Shown piece by piece: positions 1 to 6,664 of a DNA stretch of 10,198 nt. The DNA lies in the IMG/VR virus record IMGVR_UViG_2531839473_000010, positions 1-10,198 of that record; one strand, 5' to 3'. The DNA comes from a virus. Taxonomy: Duplodnaviria; Heunggongvirae; Uroviricota; Caudoviricetes. The position numbers were made by a program, and so were the translations under genes. The stretch's first letter is position 1; the number at the start of each line of letters is the position of its first letter. The notes beneath the pieces were generated by a model that saw nothing but the letters and a program-made list of their open reading frames with translations, ran no database searches and was not told the origin of the DNA.

Positions 1-1074
1 TCATTTGTCGATTTCAATTTTGTCCCATTCCCGTCCACGGCTGTCCCTATACCGCGCCGCCATTGAATCTGATTTATGCCCGAGAAGACGTTGAGCAAAC
101 TTATCGCCAATCTGGTTCCGGTATAGCCTCGCCGACAGGCTACGCAGTTCATGGAATGTTGGCGGGTCTCCATCAAATGAGAGTCCTGATGCATTTCTCG
201 CCTTTGTAAAATACTTCGATACTGTTTTCGGGGAAAGCGGATCGTGATGCTTTGATGCGATTATTGTTTCACTGCTGCTGGCCTCCCTGCATTTCTGTAG
301 TGTATCAGCCAATGAGATATTGAGCGCGTCAATCGTTAGCGTTAGCGGAATGGCGAGTTTAGCCCCTGTTTTACTCTGTTCAATGTGAAGATGGTTGTCG
401 TTTATGTCTGACCATTTCATTCTGCACAAATCGCCGACTCTCTGCCCTGTAACGACGGCCAAATCCATCGCCAGCCTTAGCCAGATAGGGAGAGGTTCGG
501 CTGCATGGTAAATCTCGACATACTCATTAGCTGTCAGCCTTGAGCGCCTTACTTCTGACTTTGCTGTACGGGTTGCTGTTACCGGATTCGTTGCCACATG
601 CCCCTCGGCTATTGCTTCACGAAAAACGTCAACAAGGGTTGATCTGATTAATTTTGCGGAGGCCGCTTTACCTTCTGCTACGTAGGTGTTTAGCATTGTT
701 GCCACCTCTTTCGTTGATATGTCAGCGAGCGGTTTGTCCGGCAATTTTCTTCGGATTGCCCTGATTTTGCTGGCGTAGTCGAGTAGAGTTTTCGGCCTGA
801 TACCCCTCTCGCTGAGGATTGTTTCATATCGGTCAAGCCACACATGAAGAGTGATTACGTCAGCGCCTTTAATTCTGTCTATCAGTGACTCACGCCTGTT
901 CTCGGATAGCAACTCAATATTGGCCTGAATAGCCTCTGAAACTGCTATCCTTCTGTCTCTGCCTAATCCGAACTCTTTACCCGTCCTTGGGTCCCTGTAG
1001 CAGTAATATCCATTGTTTCTTATATAAAGGTTAGGGGGTAAATCCCGGCGCTCATGACTTCGCCTTCTTCCCAT
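1..1074 (-). CDS. int: Lambda-family tyrosine integrase (357 aa); the window begins at its stop codon
   Basis: Full-length ORF. N-terminus MGRRRSHERRDLPPNLYIRNNGYYCYRDPRTGKEFGLGRDRR matches recalled lambda Int nearly residue for residue. C-terminal region contains HELRSL, LLGHKS and a tyrosine in ARYRD consistent with the tyrosine-recombinase catalytic set. Start overlaps xis by 23 nt as in lambda. Confidence 0.95.
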   Translation of the reverse strand: MGRRRSHERRDLPPNLYIRNNGYYCYRDPRTGKEFGLGRDRRIAVSEAIQANIELLSENRRESLIDRIKGADVITLHVWLDRYETILSERGIRPKTLLDYASKIRAIRRKLPDKPLADISTKEVATMLNTYVAEGKAASAKLIRSTLVDVFREAIAEGHVATNPVTATRTAKSEVRRSRLTANEYVEIYHAAEPLPIWLRLAMDLAVVTGQRVGDLCRMKWSDINDNHLHIEQSKTGAKLAIPLTLTIDALNISLADTLQKCREASSSETIIASKHHDPLSPKTVSKYFTKARNASGLSFDGDPPTFHELRSLSARLYRNQIGDKFAQRLLGHKSDSMAARYRDSRGREWDKIEIDK

Positions 1075-1270
1075 TTCTGATCCTCTTCAAAAGGCTACCT
1101 GTTACTGGTCGATTTAAGTCAACCTTTACCGCTGATTCGTGGAACAGATACTCTCTTCCATCCTTAACCGGAGGAGGGAATATCCTGCATTCGCGCACCC
1201 ATCGACGAACTGTTTCAAGACTTCTTGGACGTCGCTGGCGTGCGTTCCACTCCTGAAGTGTTAAGTACAT
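1052..1270 (-). CDS. xis: Excisionase Xis (72 aa), starting at the internal ATG of the 95-aa tool ORF
   Basis: From MYLTLQEWNARQRRPRSLETVRRWVRECRIFPPPVKDGREYLFHESAVKVDLNRPVTG..LLKRIRNGKKAKS the protein matches recalled lambda Xis. GGAG lies 9 nt upstream of the ATG at 1270. The longer N-terminal extension has no counterpart and is probably not translated. Confidence 0.9.
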   Translation of the reverse strand: MYLTLQEWNARQRRPRSLETVRRWVRECRIFPPPVKDGREYLFHESAVKVDLNRPVTGSLLKRIRNGKKAKS

Positions 1271-1292
1271 CGCAAAGTCTCCGCAATTACAC

Positions 1293-1318
1293 GCAAGAAA
1301 AAGCCGCATTGATGCGGC
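1293..1318 (-). terminator. Candidate intrinsic terminator or attenuator between the 114-aa ORF and xis
   Basis: Minus strand reads GCCGCA-TCAA-TGCGGC (6-bp perfect stem, plus 1303-1318) followed by TTTTTCTTG. It sits inside the PL-type operon, so it would be read through under N antitermination. Confidence 0.4.
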
Positions 1319-1374
1319 GATGGTAGGTCTGGATATCATTGAGCAATGAACAGGCCGGCGGTGTTATTTCATGG

Positions 1375-1719
1375 TTAGTCCTTGCGTAGCTCGCTGATTC
1401 TTCTGTAAGTCTCTGGTGCTTTGTTTCCGTGTATCTTCATTTCAGACTTCAACAGAGCAACGAGGGAATCCCATTCGTTGAGGATTCCTTTGAATGCCGG
1501 AACGCGCTTTGCAACCTTGTTGAATGAATCTCTGATTTCTGGAATCTGCTCAACAAGTGCAACGCATCGTCTGAAATCGGCTGCGTCATGGGGAGCGCCG
1601 AAGTGATGACCATAGATATTCTTTTTCAGTCCACATGCGATTGAGGCAAGAGTTGCGCTACTGATGCCAACATCGCCAGTCGATTGCCATTTCAAAACCT
1701 TCATAGCCAAATCTGACAT
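1375..1719 (-). CDS. Hypothetical protein (114 aa), ea/b-region accessory gene
   Basis: Intact ORF, ATG with GGAG 9 nt upstream, co-oriented with neighbours. No family recognised from sequence. Confidence 0.55.
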   Translation of the reverse strand: MSDLAMKVLKWQSTGDVGISSATLASIACGLKKNIYGHHFGAPHDAADFRRCVALVEQIPEIRDSFNKVAKRVPAFKGILNEWDSLVALLKSEMKIHGNKAPETYRRISELRKD

Positions 1720-1791
1720 TTCTTGTCTCCATAAAACAAAACCCGCCGTAGCGAGTTCAGATAAAAGAAATCCCCGCGAGTTCGAGGATTG

Positions 1792-2076
1792 TTATTCATT
1801 GCCGATATTCACCTTTATCGCGAACACCTTTACCGGTTTATCGCCGAAGTGCGGATGTGTGATTGTCTTGATTTCATATCCGTCATACGGAACATCAATT
1901 CTACGGCTGGAATCGTCGCGCTTCGGATATCCCTTTGTGATAATCAGGCGGTCATACTCCCTGAACATAATTCGCTTATTCCAGTAGTCATTACACAGGC
2001 GATACTCTTCCGTTTTCTCTCCGCGAATGATGGCATCGAAGTATTCACCTTTAACGGCTAGTTGCAGGTTAGCCAC
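1792..2076 (-). CDS. Hypothetical small protein (94 aa); possibly an ASCH/PUA-like fold
   Basis: GTG start at 2074-2076 preceded by AGGAGG at 7-nt spacing. Starts 2 nt after the stop of the upstream Ea22-like gene. Fold assignment is a weak impression from size and composition only. Confidence 0.55.
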   Translation of the reverse strand: MANLQLAVKGEYFDAIIRGEKTEEYRLCNDYWNKRIMFREYDRLIITKGYPKRDDSSRRIDVPYDGYEIKTITHPHFGDKPVKVFAIKVNIGNE

Positions 2077-2863
2077 GGTTAACCTCCTGCGGCGGTTCCG
2101 GTAGCGGCATCCAATTGATTACATCGCATTCAGGGATGCTGATATCATCACCAAGCCACCCTTGACCTTCAGACCAGCATTGCACGTAATACCCGTATTT
2201 TGTGTTCACTACGCACCACTGCGCGTCGTTCGGCATTCGCTCACTACAGCTTATCCAACCATCCGGAGTTACCGGATAGTTGCCATTTACATCGAAGTTT
2301 GGCTCTGCGTCCTGAACCAGGAGGATGTAACCATTCTTGGCCGTATCAAGTTCTAACGCCTCGGTGACGGTGCCGAAATAGCGATTACCTAAATCAGCAT
2401 CACAAGTGCTTACATCAATGGAAACTTCCATGCCTTCGATTAATTCTGCCAAGTTGTAAGCTTGGCTTACAGGTTCGGCTTCCAGTTCTGCTATGCGCTT
2501 ATTTGCTGCTTCCAGCTCAACACGCAGCTTCCCTACCGTTAGCGCAATTTCCTCGTTCTCCTGGTCGCGGCGTTTGATGTATTGCTGGTTTCTTTCCCGT
2601 TCATCCAGAAGCGCCAGCACAGTAGCCGGATTGGCTGCGGCGATGAATTCAGCATTGGCCTGCTGTTCAGTTTGGAAATCTTCATCGAAACCGCTTTCAG
2701 GATGCGCTCCTTCAATTCTGCAAATGGGAATATATCCAGCAACTTCACGATGAATTAGCGCATCATCACCATCAAATCGGCCCTCTCCATATTCGAGCGA
2801 CCACACACCACACGTTGCTTTTTCTGCCTTGGCACGCAGTACCTGATAGTCAATCTTGCTCAC
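2069..2863 (-). CDS. Ead/Ea22-like protein with central coiled coil and C-terminal DUF551-like domain (about 264 aa from the second GTG)
   Basis: N-terminus (M)[20 protein letters not shown] resembles the recalled Ea22-like N-terminal motif. C-terminus [28 protein letters not shown]...WMPLPEPP resembles DUF551. The tool start at 2884 is a GTG without a ribosome-binding site; the GTG at 2861-2863 is preceded by AAGGAGG at 6-nt spacing and overlaps the upstream stop as GTGA. Confidence 0.6.
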   Translation of the reverse strand: MSKIDYQVLRAKAEKATCGVWSLEYGEGRFDGDDALIHREVAGYIPICRIEGAHPESGFDEDFQTEQQANAEFIAAANPATVLALLDERERNQQYIKRRDQENEEIALTVGKLRVELEAANKRIAELEAEPVSQAYNLAELIEGMEVSIDVSTCDADLGNRYFGTVTEALELDTAKNGYILLVQDAEPNFDVNGNYPVTPDGWISCSERMPNDAQWCVVNTKYGYYVQCWSEGQGWLGDDISIPECDVINWMPLPEPPQEVNRG

Positions 2864-3027
2864 TGGTTGCCTCCTTTGCGCCACATCGCATTCAGATATT
2901 TGTTTTGATTCACTGATGGAAAAGAATTTCTCTTAAGCAATTCCTCTCTCGATGGCATTGGCTTTACGCGTTGGCTAATAATCATTTCTGCCGGAAGAAT
3001 GCCGGGATTGTATGCAAGTCCTCTCAT
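2860..3027 (-). CDS. Hypothetical small protein (55 aa from the ATG at 3027; the tool ORF extends to 3060)
   Basis: The ATG at 3025-3027 has GAGGAA about 8 nt upstream and lies just after the stop of the 98-aa ORF (3038-3040). The longer tool start at 3060 has no ribosome-binding site and overlaps the upstream gene. Confidence 0.4.
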   Translation of the reverse strand: MRGLAYNPGILPAEMIISQRVKPMPSREELLKRNSFPSVNQNKYLNAMWRKGGNQ

Positions 3028-3037
3028 GGTAAATTCC

Positions 3038-3334
3038 TCAGTCATTACTGATAGCGCCATAGCGTGAGCGGTAATTACGCAGGCGCGGGTCGATATATTC
3101 AGGGAAGTTGGTATATGTGGCTTTGCGGAATGGTCGGATTGATGTTTCGTTTATTCGGTCTTTTTCCTGTTTTTCTGCGAGTTGTATATCGCGTCGGTAC
3201 TTCCGTTCTGCTTTTGTTTCTGGTGGCAGAGCAAGAAACGCGTCGAGATTATTCTTGATATTTTCCAGCACCTCCGATACGGAATTGCCGGAACAGCGGC
3301 GCGGGTCATCCGCACCATACAAAGGCGCTGGCAT
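3038..3334 (-). CDS. Hypothetical protein (98 aa)
   Basis: ATG with GGAG at 7-nt spacing, starting 17 nt after the exonuclease stop. Basic and charged; no family recognised. Confidence 0.5.
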   Translation of the reverse strand: MPAPLYGADDPRRCSGNSVSEVLENIKNNLDAFLALPPETKAERKYRRDIQLAEKQEKDRINETSIRPFRKATYTNFPEYIDPRLRNYRSRYGAISND

Positions 3335-3350
3335 GTTTTTCTCCTGTTGA

Positions 3351-3899
3351 TTATTTAGCTAACTTTTTCCAGATCGCTGAAACGTATTTGGCTTGGTGGA
3401 TGGCATCATCAAGCGCGTTGTGGCGAGTTCCTTTGAATGGCATATCTCGCTTAGGGTCGAATCCTATTACCTTTCCAAGCTCGACGATTGTTCTTACGTC
3501 GCGGTCATTCCACCACTGCCACGGAACTGGCTGCCCTGTCAGCGAATAACTGTTTCGGAGAATAACGCAGTCAAATGATGCTCCATTCCCCCAAACCTGA
3601 ACGAATTTGTGGTTAGCGTTCTTTATGATGAATTCAGATAACCATGAAAGAGCCGTTGAAAGCTCCTGAGTGTTGCTGGTTAGCGATTTTCTGGCTTCTT
3701 CACTCTGTTCCATCCACCATAAAATCGTTGAAGCGTCAGGACGCGCTCGATATCGCATTGATGACTCAAGCGAGATATTTACCGAGAACTCTTCTCCTGT
3801 TTCTCCGGTATTCGGGTCAAAGAATACCGCCCCAATAGAAATAACTGGCGCGTATGGCTCGTTGACCATTGTTTCAAGGTCAACCATCAAGTGATTCAT
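3351..3899 (-). CDS. DEDDh-type 3'-5' exonuclease (182 aa)
   Basis: Motifs consistent with the DnaQ-like fold: VDLETM (motif I, D-x-E), WGNGASFD (motif II), HNALDDA (motif III, H and D). AAGGA ribosome-binding site. Part of the recombination gene cluster. Confidence 0.75.
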   Translation of the reverse strand: MNHLMVDLETMVNEPYAPVISIGAVFFDPNTGETGEEFSVNISLESSMRYRARPDASTILWWMEQSEEARKSLTSNTQELSTALSWLSEFIIKNANHKFVQVWGNGASFDCVILRNSYSLTGQPVPWQWWNDRDVRTIVELGKVIGFDPKRDMPFKGTRHNALDDAIHQAKYVSAIWKKLAK

Positions 3900-3907
3900 G
3901 TAAGTCC

Positions 3908-4387
3908 TTAAATTGCGTGAATAGCGTGACGAGGGAAGGGGAGGGTTACTGGTTCCTCGTCTGGGTAGATAGGTTTGTTATGTTTGTGCCACTCGACATG
4001 GCATGACTTGCAGAGCCACATCACATCGGTTGGTTTGCTGTAGTCGCAGTGGTGCGCCTGTGGTTTACATTCTGATCCGCAGCACTCACATTGTGGTGGT
4101 CGGATTAGCTTACCGTCGCGCAAAAAATTACCCACAATGATGTGGGCTTTTCTTTTCCATGGGTTGCTCTGAATGAACCGCTTTTTGGCTGCGTTACACC
4201 GTTCTCTTCCGCGTTCCGATGATTGATATTCTCTCCTTGCTGATACTCGATGTGGCAATCCAGCGCGTTCTTTGTCGTATTCAGCCAGGCAAGCCCGGCA
4301 AGCGGCAGTTAATCCATCTCTGGATGCTCTTCTGATTTGAAATTCCCTTTCTTCCTTCTGTTGATGGCATCTTGAGCAGATTTTCAT
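3908..4387 (-). CDS. HNH endonuclease-like zinc-binding protein (159 aa)
   Basis: C-terminal CECCGSECKPQAHHCDYSKPTDVMWLCKSCHVEWH fits an HNH motif with Cys pairs. N-terminus has a further CxxC...CxxC zinc-ribbon pattern. GGAG ribosome-binding site. Confidence 0.7.
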   Translation of the reverse strand: MKICSRCHQQKEEREFQIRRASRDGLTAACRACLAEYDKERAGLPHRVSARREYQSSERGRERCNAAKKRFIQSNPWKRKAHIIVGNFLRDGKLIRPPQCECCGSECKPQAHHCDYSKPTDVMWLCKSCHVEWHKHNKPIYPDEEPVTLPFPRHAIHAI

Positions 4388-4396
4388 ATTCAGCTC

Positions 4397-4870
4397 CTAG
4401 AACGGAATATCCGAATCGTCGAAGTTCATAGGTGGTTCGCTGTGATTTCCCTGCTGCAGAGGTTGCTGTCTTTGTTGCTGACCGTTATTTCGCTGAGGTG
4501 AAGACTGTTCATTGCCTCCTTGCTTGCCACCAAGCATTTGCATGGTTCCACCAACGCCTACGATAACTTCGGTAGTGAACCTATCCTGTCCGCTTTGATC
4601 CTGCCATTTTCTTGTCCGTAATTTGCCTTCAAGATAAACCTCTGAGCCTTTTCGCAGATATTCGCTGGCAATTTCTGCCAGTTTCCCGCTCATTACCACT
4701 CGGTGCCACTCCGTCTGCTCCTTTTGCTCTCCAGTTTGCTTATCACGCCATTGTTCTGACGTAGCAACTGTAAGGTTTGCAAATGCCGTTCCTGATGGTG
4801 AATATCTGATTTCTGGATCATGCCCAAGGCGACCAATAATGATCACCTTATTTACGCCTCTGCTTGCCAT
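4397..4870 (-). CDS. ssb: Single-stranded DNA-binding protein (157 aa)
   Basis: OB-fold N-terminal region ([43 protein letters not shown]...TEWHRVV), Gly/Gln-rich linker and the acidic C-terminal tip DDSDIPF characteristic of bacterial and phage SSB. Confidence 0.9.
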   Translation of the reverse strand: MASRGVNKVIIIGRLGHDPEIRYSPSGTAFANLTVATSEQWRDKQTGEQKEQTEWHRVVMSGKLAEIASEYLRKGSEVYLEGKLRTRKWQDQSGQDRFTTEVIVGVGGTMQMLGGKQGGNEQSSPQRNNGQQQRQQPLQQGNHSEPPMNFDDSDIPF

Positions 4871-5578
4871 TTATGCCGCCTGTTTTAGTTCGTTAACTCT
4901 GATGTTCATTACCTGAACGCATTTAGCCTGCGCCTCCTCGTTGCCAGCCATTAATTGCCAGTCACGCTGATAACGCTCGATGAGTTTTTTCTTGTCAGTT
5001 TCTGTTGAAGCATAATCGCTGAAGTCTTTCAGGATTTGTTCGCAGTCAACCGATGGAGATTTCTGGTTGGTATTTTCTGGTGATGGTTTGTTATCTGATG
5101 CTGGGATTGCCCATCCCGGCAGCGATGGAGGGAGCCAGTAAAATCCTGTTCCATCCTTCAGTTTTGCCCTGTGCCACCCCTGCTTTTTATCGAGAGATGT
5201 TTGTGCGAAACCTTCCTCAAGGTTATACAGATACCGACCGATTCCCCACTGAACGGCAGCACGCTTCATTGCACCTGAACGACCACCTTTGACGGCTTCT
5301 ACCTGCGTGTTTTCAGCAGCATCCCATTTGGTTACCCATTCGGAATCAATCTTGATTGATATGCCGCATTCAACTCCGCCGTTGTTGGGAATATCGCGGT
5401 ATTCATTGCGCCATCCTGCTTTGCCGCAAACATCGTCCAGGCGTTTCATGATTGCCCGGTTCGTGACATAAGCCAGCACCATAGCCCACACCTTGCCATC
5501 GCGTGTTTTACCGCTTTGCTGTATTCGCCATTCGATATCTTCAGGGCTGAATGGCTCATCGAATTTATTCAAATCCAT
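4871..5578 (-). CDS. Single-strand annealing protein, Rad52/Sak-like family (235 aa)
   Basis: Lies immediately upstream of ssb, with its stop abutting the ssb ATG (TAAATG). The N-terminal region (GKVWAMVLAYVTNRAIMKRLDDVCGKAGW) resembles Rad52/Rad22-type phage recombinases as recalled; it is not lambda Bet or RecT-like to my eye. Confidence 0.6.
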   Translation of the reverse strand: MDLNKFDEPFSPEDIEWRIQQSGKTRDGKVWAMVLAYVTNRAIMKRLDDVCGKAGWRNEYRDIPNNGGVECGISIKIDSEWVTKWDAAENTQVEAVKGGRSGAMKRAAVQWGIGRYLYNLEEGFAQTSLDKKQGWHRAKLKDGTGFYWLPPSLPGWAIPASDNKPSPENTNQKSPSVDCEQILKDFSDYASTETDKKKLIERYQRDWQLMAGNEEAQAKCVQVMNIRVNELKQAA

Positions 5579-5586
5579 AATTCACC

Positions 5587-5757
5587 TCAGAATGGACATG
5601 GCCCAAGGAAATAACGCTGATTTAATACTTCGACTCGGGACAAATTAAGGCATACCCGCATTCCTTCGCGGTCACCATTATGGCGATACCAGAGAGCTTT
5701 CTGCGTGTACATGCGTCTCTGTAACTTGCTCTCCTTCACTGTGGTTGCAAGTGACAT
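5587..5757 (-). CDS. Hypothetical small protein (56 aa), MSLATTVKESKLQRRMYTQKALWYRHNGDREGMRVCLNLSRVEVLNQRYFLGPCPF
   Basis: Below the ORF-track length cutoff; read manually. ATG at 5755-5757 with GAAGGAG about 7 nt upstream. Its stop lies inside the ribosome-binding site of the downstream annealing-protein gene. Confidence 0.4.
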   Translation of the reverse strand: MSLATTVKESKLQRRMYTQKALWYRHNGDREGMRVCLNLSRVEVLNQRYFLGPCPF

Positions 5758-5836
5758 GAATATCTCCTTCGTTACCGATTAAATCTTTCATCTGACGAAT
5801 GAATTCTTCGTCTGACCAGTTATCTGTAAAACTCAT
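5678..5836 (-). CDS. Hypothetical small protein (52 aa), MSFTDNWSDEEFIRQMKDLIGNEGDIHVTC..., overlapping the previous ORF by 80 nt in another frame
   Basis: ATG at 5834-5836 overlaps the kil-like stop as ATGA. Either a genuine overlapping gene pair or one gene split by a frameshift. Confidence 0.3.
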   Translation of the reverse strand: MSFTDNWSDEEFIRQMKDLIGNEGDIHVTCNHSEGEQVTETHVHAESSLVSP

Positions 5837-5985
5837 TTCCTGCGATACCACGGAAGGTTGATAGCTGATTTCATCGCTTTATTTGCTTCAAGCCACATTT
5901 TTGAATCACCAATAAATCGGGCTATTACTGCTTTGTTCTGTGCAGCACGAAGCATCTGGTGATTGATGGCTATTTCATTGCGCAT
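5833..5985 (-). CDS. kil: Kil-like small protein (50 aa), candidate FtsZ/cell-division inhibitor
   Basis: MRNEIAINHQMLRAAQNKAVIARFIGDSKMWLEANKAMK... resembles recalled lambda Kil (motif IATFIGDEKMF). GGAGG ribosome-binding site at 4-5 nt spacing. Overlaps the 3' end of the cIII-like ORF as kil and cIII do in lambda. Confidence 0.5.
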   Translation of the reverse strand: MRNEIAINHQMLRAAQNKAVIARFIGDSKMWLEANKAMKSAINLPWYRRK

Positions 5986-6104
5986 AACGCCTCCAGTTGT
6001 TTCTTTGCTGCTCTGATTAATTGTTTTACTCGGCGTGATAATTCAGATTCGTGCGGGTAGAAAGCGGACATGACGCCGCTACCCGCGAGCTGAAAGTGCA
6101 TCAT
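5970..6104 (-). CDS. cIII: cIII-like small protein (44 aa), candidate FtsH inhibitor
   Basis: MMHFQLAGSGVMSAFYPHESELSRRVKQLIRAAKKQLEAL aligns by eye with recalled lambda cIII (MQYAIAGWPVAGCPSESLLERITRKLRDGWKRLIDIL). AAGGAG ribosome-binding site at 7-nt spacing. Synteny cIII then kil then recombination genes matches lambda. Confidence 0.5.
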   Translation of the reverse strand: MMHFQLAGSGVMSAFYPHESELSRRVKQLIRAAKKQLEALCAMK

Positions 6105-6179
6105 GGGTAACTCCTTATATTTGATTGCATAACGAAAACGCCTCGAGTGAAGCGTTATTGGTATGCGGTAAAGCCGCGC

Positions 6180-6491
6180 TTAGGCGGCTGATGTTTCTTC
6201 TTTCAGGCTTTCGAGATATTTACGTGGGTCGTCGTAACATTGGCATTCGCTGTACCAATCCACCCAGCGATCAGTAAGCCCCATCTCTGATAAATCTTCA
6301 TCGGTAAGGCTCTCATCCCACATCTCAAGGCCGTTAGCATTGCAGTAATCAGGCTTGATGTTGTTGTCATACTGAAAGGCATCATAATCAGCCAGTGCAT
6401 CCATCAGGCGAACACCCTCTTCAACACTTGCCACTTCTACAATGAACGGCTTCATAGGTACTTGCGGGATATGCCAGACACGTAATTTCAT
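6180..6491 (-). CDS. Hypothetical strongly acidic protein (103 aa from the ATG at 6491; the tool ORF is 121 aa)
   Basis: The internal ATG at 6489-6491 has GGAGG at 6-nt spacing immediately after a terminator-like hairpin. Protein MKLRVWHIPQVPMKPFIVEVASVEEG...DESLTDEDLSEMGLTDRWVDWYSECQCYDDPRKYLESLKEETSAA is rich in Asp/Glu. No family recognised. Confidence 0.55.
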   Translation of the reverse strand: MKLRVWHIPQVPMKPFIVEVASVEEGVRLMDALADYDAFQYDNNIKPDYCNANGLEMWDESLTDEDLSEMGLTDRWVDWYSECQCYDDPRKYLESLKEETSAA

Positions 6492-6503
6492 ATATCCTCC
6501 GTC

Positions 6504-6530
6504 AAAAAAATCGCCCTCACATTGGAGGGC
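6504..6530 (-). terminator. Candidate intrinsic terminator (tL-like) between the 207-aa ORF and the acidic ORF
   Basis: Minus strand reads GCCCTC-CAATGT-GAGGGC followed by GATTTTTTTGA. Perfect 6-bp GC-rich stem and a 7-T run. Confidence 0.5.
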
Positions 6531-6592
6531 AAAGAAGATTTCCAATAATCAGAACAAGTCGGCTCCTGTTTAGTTACGAGCGACATTGCTCC

Positions 6593-6620
6593 GTGTATTC
6601 ACTCGTTGGAATGAATACAC
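6593..6620. repeat. Perfect 9-bp inverted repeat GTGTATTCA-N10-TGAATACAC in the intergenic region downstream of the 207-aa ORF
   Basis: Seen directly in the sequence. No adjacent T-run on the minus strand, so it is not a canonical terminator for the operon; possible protein-binding site or RNA processing hairpin. Confidence 0.5.
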
Positions 6621-6664
6621 AGTGCAGTGTTTATTCTGTTGTTTATGTCAAAAATAAAGGCCGA

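Noticed and set aside
1720-1791. Short GCGAGTTC direct repeats in the intergenic region between the 94-aa and 114-aa ORFs
   Set aside because: Only 8 bp and two copies; could easily be chance. No convincing hairpin plus T-run for a terminator.
1421-2061. Plus-strand ORFs 1421-1606, 1664-1987 and 1789-2061
   Set aside because: They lie antisense to well-supported minus-strand genes with ribosome-binding sites, lack their own ribosome-binding sites and have low-complexity or Cys/Ser-rich compositions typical of shadow ORFs.
2162-3350. Plus-strand ORFs 2162-2356, 2493-2753, 3064-3258 and 3108-3350, and minus-strand ORF 2539-2748
   Set aside because: Shadow ORFs within or antisense to the Ea22-like gene and its neighbours. 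2539-2748 is an alternative frame inside the Ea22-like gene. No start signals.
3393-3894. Plus-strand ORFs 3393-3578, 3644-3838 and 3670-3894
   Set aside because: Antisense to the DEDDh exonuclease gene, which has clear catalytic motifs.
5053-5471. Plus-strand ORFs 5053-5292 and 5289-5471
   Set aside because: Antisense to the annealing-protein gene; no ribosome-binding site.
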